This document shows, one piece after another, positions 58,246 to 64,000 of a stretch of 64,000 nucleotides of DNA (positions within the stretch are counted from its first letter, which is position 1; each line of letters opens with the position of its first letter). The stretch is from Phyllobates terribilis (lineage: Eukaryota), in NCBI RefSeq assembly GCF_046119375.1, contig NW_027362769.1:358794001-358858000 (forward strand), written 5' to 3'. The translations under genes and the position numbers were made by a program. Below the pieces are notes generated by a model, which made no database searches, was not told the origin of the DNA, and saw nothing but the letters and a program-made list of their open reading frames with translations.

Positions 58246-59139
58246 AAAGCAGCTTCAGAGCTCGTTAATATCGGGTGTATATGGAGCGTGGAATGGCGGT
58301 GAGGATTTACAGTCCGACCCCTCCTGTGCTTACCGACGCTTTATAGTAGTAGTATTATACAGTGCAATGGTACTGCATAGGCTGGAGGCATGACGATAAC
58401 ATGAGGGGGCGCAAAGCGGTACGCTATCACACGGGGCAAAAACCACCGCTACTATGGGGGAAAGGTAACACCCGGGCGGTCTAACAGCTGACCAGGCATT
58501 AGTTAGCTTACAGAATTAACCTCTATATCTAGACGTAGAGTAACACCACTAATATGATATTATTAAGAGCGGGATATGAGAAGTCAACATGGCGGCAGAT
58601 TACCTATATGCAGGTGATATAACGAGATAATGAAGAAGAGCTTGATGGAGAGAAAGTGCTCTGCTGACTTCCAGAAAGGGTAAGCAATGTGGAACTTCAA
58701 GGAACGTTACCCTCCGTAGCCAGAGAAGTCGCCCAACCATGGTCCTACTCCTCTCTGTGCCAAGAGTCACAGCCGGGCTTTGGTAAGGAAGATAAGGGAG
58801 AGATAAAGAGCAGCATTCTGTTGGCAGAAGAGAAATCAAAGTGTTTCCTCCTCTTCCCTTGAGAATTAGGACAAGCGGGCAAAGTTCAGCAGGACTGGCA
58901 GAGTCAAACAGTTCAGCTGCTGGTAAGGGGCATGGCTCACTCCAGCAGGGTCGACGCAACAAAAGTCAACTTCCATGCGCAAGCGATGCTGGGAGAATAC
59001 AAGGACAAGACCCTTATCCCACAAAAGATTAAAAATAAAAAAAGTGCATACATTCCCATACACCAGCGTAGGCAGGGACAGCTTCTCCTGCAGGTATCTG
59101 CAGTCAGGGCTTGTGGTGCGGCTGCCCCTGCACCCTGGG

Positions 59140-60539
59140 TCACTGGGCTTTAGGCAATGGCTTTGTTGAAGAAGGGAATTTTTTAAGGTACTTATCAGAA
59201 GTCTTTTTCCCACCAGGCGATGACTGGGCTTGTCTTTCATCAGGGGAAGACTTGGCTTTGTTTTGAGGTAAGGCAGAATGCTTTTTAGGACTTGGGGTGA
59301 CCTCAGCAGTTGGCGACAATGGCGCAGTTTCCGGTTTCTCCTGACCTACGCTCTTGGTTCCCAACGTTTTTTTAGATAATAGGCTCGTCTTCCCCAAGTC
59401 TGCTGACCGCCTGTTCTCCTTCTGCCTTAGAGCAGACTTAAAGAAACTCAGTCCCTTTTCCTCCGACTTGCTGTCCCGCTTTAGACTAGACCGTGCTGCG
59501 GTCTGAGGTGTGCGGAGGCTAGCCATGGAGGAACTTCGTACAGTCCGACTATCTGCTGGAGTATCGTTGCTCTTGGGATTTGTAACACGGGTAGTGTTGT
59601 TGAGTTTGGTGGCGCAGGCTTTGTCTGAGCCCAGGCTTACTTTAGATGCCTCCCTGCTGAGAGTCTTTTCGGGTGCTCGATGCTTACTGGAGGAGCTGGA
59701 TATAGAAGAGGTTCTAGAAGAGGGAGCAGGTTTTTTCGGTGCTGGAGACGAGGTGTTTACATGTGCAGGAGTTGAGGATTTAGGCCTCGGCTGAGACACC
59801 GGGGTGGAGGGTTCCTGTGGCTTCCCGGCATCTTTCTTCTGCTGTGTGGATGAACGACGTGTAGGAGTTTTGACCTCACTCCTCTTGGTTTTGGAGACCG
59901 GTTTCCCACTGCTGCTAGGTGCAGAGGATGTGGTCTTAGTACTCTCTTTTTCTGGGGTCCGTGTTGTCTTCTCCTGCCCGGTTGACACCTTACTGGTCAC
60001 TGGTCTCTTCGTCTGCACTTCCTCGCTCTGTGGCGACTCGCGGACGGGGGATGAACTCACAGAATCACTCTGATCAACAAAGGCGATGTGGTTATTGTTA
60101 TCTATAGGATCCAGCGGGTTACTGCTCACCAGCTCTGCCGCAGTCTTTGCGGGGGTCTCTGCAGGCACAATTTTCTTAACCACTGGATCTTTCTGAGCAC
60201 CGCACTCAGCTACCGCCAATGGTGCCCGGCATGATGCACGATGCTCACGTCGAACCCCCTCAAGGTGATCATGGAGGCTGCCGGACAGATTTCGAAGGCT
60301 TCCGAAACAGGATGTTGACACGTGGTCATCGGCCTCACCGATCTTGCCGAGGGAAGACCCGTGTATGGGCGAGTCTGAAGGGTGACGGCAAGAAGTGGCT
60401 GCACGCAGGTGGAGTTTTGCTGCTAGGGACCATGATGGCCTAAAACCATTCTCATTGGAGACCAGGGGACTGGTGACAGAAGCTCGGCCAGAGCTTTGAC
60501 GTTGGACACTGCGGACAAACGGCCGGGAAGAGAAGCCAC
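59140..60539 (-). CDS. usp31: Ubiquitin carboxyl-terminal hydrolase 31, last coding exon
   Basis: Acceptor TCCTTCCTTAG at 60540. GGFSSRPFVRSVQRQS, SCFGSLRNLS, VRSSSMASLR and LKRDSKSEEKGLSFFKSALRQKE match USP31 as recalled. TGA at 59140-59142. Confidence 0.93.
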
Positions 60540-61583
60540 CTAAGGAAGGAGGAATAGATTACAAGTCCGTGTATGCAAAGTACAAAATCAGCAAATAAAA
60601 TGCATTCAATATACAAACACTAAAGAAAACTAAGCTACAAATACAGGGGCGGTCACCAGCTCTCCAGTCTTCTGAATGATAAGCTTAACCGTCCGTCACG
60701 AAAAGGTGGAGTAGATTGGTAGCAAAAAAAAAAAAGGATCAACTCTCAGAGGTTTAAACCATTACTGGATTATGGCTGCAATAATTGGATTGTCCCACAG
60801 TTTTACTACGTCAGACTAACCATACTAAGGTACAATGGAGACCTAAGTTTAGTTAAAGGGGTTTCATGGTCTTTTTTCAAAGGGTTTGTCTCAACATGAT
60901 AAATGGCTAAAATTGCAAACTGCTTGTAATAACAAGCCACTTTGCAATTTGTTCAGTTTGTTATTAAAAATCCTCTCAGTTCTCGAAAAAGAAATTCCAA
61001 AGTTTACTGCTCATTGCCTTGGTTACTGGTCACCAATGCAGTCTTTCAGAGGTGGCCGGTTGCCTAGGCAGGAAGTACAGTGCTTTCAGGCTCTTTGCTG
61101 TAGAACTTGCAAGCGCTGATTTCAAGATCGCTGGATCCGGCCCCTGTGCTCTTCCGATGGGGCAAAGCTGCGTCTGCTAGCAGTGTCGGAAACAGCACAG
61201 TTTGGACCAGAGGAGAGACCACGTCATTAGTGTAGACAGGCCTCTGTACACATTTGAAGAAAGCTGGCTGAACACTGATTTCGGCAGGACCGGGACAATC
61301 ATCTGATGTGCATGTGAGCGTCCCGAGAACATCGGGCAGTCGAAATTTCAATGCCTGATCCGTTTGTGTTTAGGGGAAGTAATCTTACAGGGAGGTGACA
61401 GCACTCTGCACCTCCAGCAAGAATACCCACCACTGTGGGTCTTTCATTTTTTATTATTCTTTGTTTTTTCTTTTTTGGACACTAGGCACTTTATGAAAAC
61501 CGAGACACTTTTTGATGTATGTTTGTTGGAGCAATCTGGGCCTTATTTTGTCTGTGCCTTTTCCACTTGACAAGTACACTTCC

Positions 61584-61618
61584 CTGATGACTTCTCTTTA
61601 CTGAGAACGAAACGCGTT
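61584..61618 (+). ncRNA. Second minimal hammerhead-like motif (degenerate), in the last usp31 intron, antisense to the gene
   Basis: CTGATGA-c-TTCTC/GAGAA stem II-c-GAAA-CGCG-TT; stem I poorly paired. Confidence 0.35.
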
Positions 61619-62159
61619 GTGTGGGATTTTTCATGGGGTATACATCATGAGAGCTACATTTGGGTACTGCCCTTGTTAGGGTGGGAGAAAACAGAAAGGG
61701 CACGACAGGGTAGAAAGGTTGGATAAGCTTTTCCACTGCTGATGGAACCCCTTTAAGTTTTACATCCCTACAGCTCAAATGGGTGAGATCTACACTTCTC
61801 TCTATCTTTTATGCACAATGACACTTTATACGTGATATGTCCTACTTTATAGATCATAGTTTCAGTGGGACCTCCTATGGGTCTTAATTGTTGACTATTT
61901 ATGGTTATGTGATTTTACTATTGTTATTAAAAGTTATATTTTAAAGGGATCCTCCTCGATATATATATTGAAGTAATCTGTCGCCAGCAGCTTTCTCCTC
62001 TCTTTCCAGCTCGCATTGTGTGCCCTTGTGTATAGGGAAGTCAAAAGAGATCGCTGTCTGCCGACCTGATAGTTATCTCATTTGTAGGAGCAGATTTACA
62101 GACATCTGAAAGCCGCCATCACAATATCTCAAATAACAGCAACAAGTTTTATTTCTCAC

Positions 62160-62312
62160 CATCGTCCTCGCTCCTCTCTCCCGTCAGCTCCACGGACTCC
62201 GCCAGTGATGCCAGAGATGTTCGCCTGGAAGAGGCTGCAGATGCAATACTGGGTTGTCGGCTGCCGGGTAGTCTTGAGATCCAATGATCACATAAGGAGG
62301 AGCTCGTGGATC
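62160..62312 (-). CDS. usp31: usp31 exon (153 bp)
   Basis: AG/GT boundaries, phase 1-1; GSTSSSLCDHWISRLPGS..SSRRTSLASLAES..ERSEDDG. Confidence 0.95.
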
Positions 62313-62393
62313 CTACGTAGAAGAAGCACAATCCTGAATGCATAGAACTTCTACTTTCCTGCATAACAGAAGAGAAACTCTGCTGGATCGTAC

Positions 62394-62552
62394 CTGCCAC
62401 AGAACTGTTCGCAGACCAGGACGGCACAGCCGCTCTGCGCTGGTAGAAGAGGATGTAGGCCGTTGGTTTGCACACTTCGTCCTCCGCGAGGGCCTGCACA
62501 TCGCTGTCGTCGAAGCAGTACCACAAGCCGTCCACAGAGTTCTTACAGTACG
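62394..62552 (-). CDS. usp31: usp31 exon (159 bp), end of the USP catalytic domain
   Basis: AYCKNSVDGLWYCFDDSDV..AYILFYQRR; canonical splice sites. Confidence 0.96.
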
Positions 62553-63674
62553 CTGAGACACAAACAGCTGGTTACTCCAAGAGTCCGGGACAGTTCTCAC
62601 ACCGGAGAATATGGGGGGGGCGTCATATATTCTCAGACTTTTCTGTGCACTCAGTGCCAATTTATATAACTATCTACACATAACTCAGTAAGTGATGGCA
62701 CATGGCTAGGGTATGGCACCAATGAGGGGGGTATTCCTGCTCTAATCACGAGCACATTGGGGGTGAGAGCGGGGTAGTAATGTCACATCAACTGATATGT
62801 AGCAATGTGCCTTTTTAATGAAATCCTGAAAATTCACAAGGACGCTGCCAAACACCCACTCTATTCAAGTAAATGGGGCTGGCTTCACCTCCCTGCACGG
62901 CTCAGTGGCTAAGAGCACCGCTGTGCAGGAAAAAAAAAAGTGAAGAGGTAGCACCAAAGCAGTGTGGCACCTCCTTCATTCTCAGGATCTGTGGGTATCC
63001 CAAAGATCCTTACAGGGTTAATCTAATTTTCACACGAGTATTATCAGAGAGTGCTTGTAAATACGAGCAATTATGCCATTTTCTGCTTATTAACATTTTC
63101 CCGATTACAACACTTTTCTTTTGTTTACAGTTTATTGCCTTGGAGACCGACCACCGCTGCCAGACAGCAGCACATGCGCAGTGCTGACAATCTATCGAGC
63201 TTGTAGGATGTGTTTTGAAGCTGGCTGGGTTCGTTGTTACCTTCAATTCCCAACCAACTTCAGCGCAGCACTTACAAGCTAGACAGCAGCGGTGGTCGGT
63301 GTCCTAGGCAACAAGCTGTAAACAAAAGAAAAAAAGTGTTTGCATCTCAAGAACGACTGCAAATTATAATAAGCAGAAAATTACAAAAGTGGTTGTATTT
63401 ACAAGTCCTATCCGACAATACCCATCTATCAAGAAGGAAATAATCCTTTAAGTGATGACATATCGTAGCACTAGGCCATCACTTACTATTCCTTGGCTTA
63501 CCCCTTTCAGTCCCTTTTCAACACTGCATTATTTCCTTCCTATTGGGTTTCCATTACCTACTGACAAGCACAGCAGTGCAGTATGCTGCAATGGAGGTTA
63601 TGACAGGCCATGGTACAACATGGCTCCTGCAAGCTCTAAAGCACCTGCGGCATCACTGCTTCCATACTATATAC

Positions 63675-63900
63675 CTGTATAGTGTCCCCCCTGCATGGTC
63701 CCATGGTGGTTGCACACGGCATAAAGGTCATATATGAAGTCTTCAGGGTCACGACCCAGGCCGTAGGGTCGTCTCCATGGTGACCAGTGTGATGGGAGGC
63801 TCCAGGAACTCTGACTGCGCTTGACTACGTGGGGCGTCATATCCAACCCTACTAATGGGAAGCGGACCATGTTCTGCAACTTCAGCCTCCGATCTCCATC
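63675..63900 (-). CDS. usp31: usp31 exon (226 bp) containing the His box
   Basis: DGDRRLKLQNMVRFPL..YDLYAVCNHHGTMQGGHYT; CAG acceptor at 63901-63903 and GT donor at 63674. Confidence 0.96.
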
Positions 63901-64000
63901 CTGTGCGGGGAGAAGATGGTTACAGACACCAGCGACCACATCCCCCCCCCCCCCTAAGTAAGTCACACATTTATGGGGTATCCTTCCACCAAGACCACAG

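Noticed and set aside
59510-60443. Plus-strand ORFs overlapping the usp31 last exon, and the GTG 'start' at 60321
   Set aside because: These are antisense shadows of the coding exon; the true frame continues upstream to the splice acceptor at 60540.
61064-61351. 95-aa minus-strand ORF as an extra usp31 exon
   Set aside because: The exons at 62160 and 60539 join in phase to give the expected SEDDGGFS sequence, leaving no room for it; no USP31 similarity seen.

Overview
Eukaryotic vertebrate DNA, most likely an anuran (frog) genome. That is an inference from the T2/TTAA MITEs, Tc1 families, sushi-type Gypsy elements and the USP31 sequence. The only host gene is at the right end: the last four coding exons of usp31 on the minus strand (63900 to stop at 59140), followed by a probably long 3' UTR carrying a 32-bp x34 minisatellite. 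The rest is transposon-dense. A 1.6-kb Sleeping-Beauty-like Tc1 has been expanded to 22 kb (6067-28131) by three sushi-type Ty3/Gypsy insertions, each bounded by a 5-bp TSD. Element A (6270-12708) is a near-intact chromovirus. Element B (12870-26887) is a non-autonomous three-LTR tandem encoding a Gag-capsid/dead-protease/repeat fusion. Element C (20733-25723) is a single-ORF chromovirus nested in B's third LTR. All three show a tRNA-independent self-priming signature with a compensatory base change between A and B. Also present: four more Tc1 copies (one with an open 340-aa DD34E transposase), a Helitron carrying more than 30 CCAAT boxes in hairpins, two minimal hammerhead-ribozyme-like motifs, an ETS-motif minisatellite, and LINE, Penelope, DIRS and MITE debris. 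No prokaryotic system, CRISPR array, rRNA or tRNA gene is supported. All counts and alignments were done by eye.
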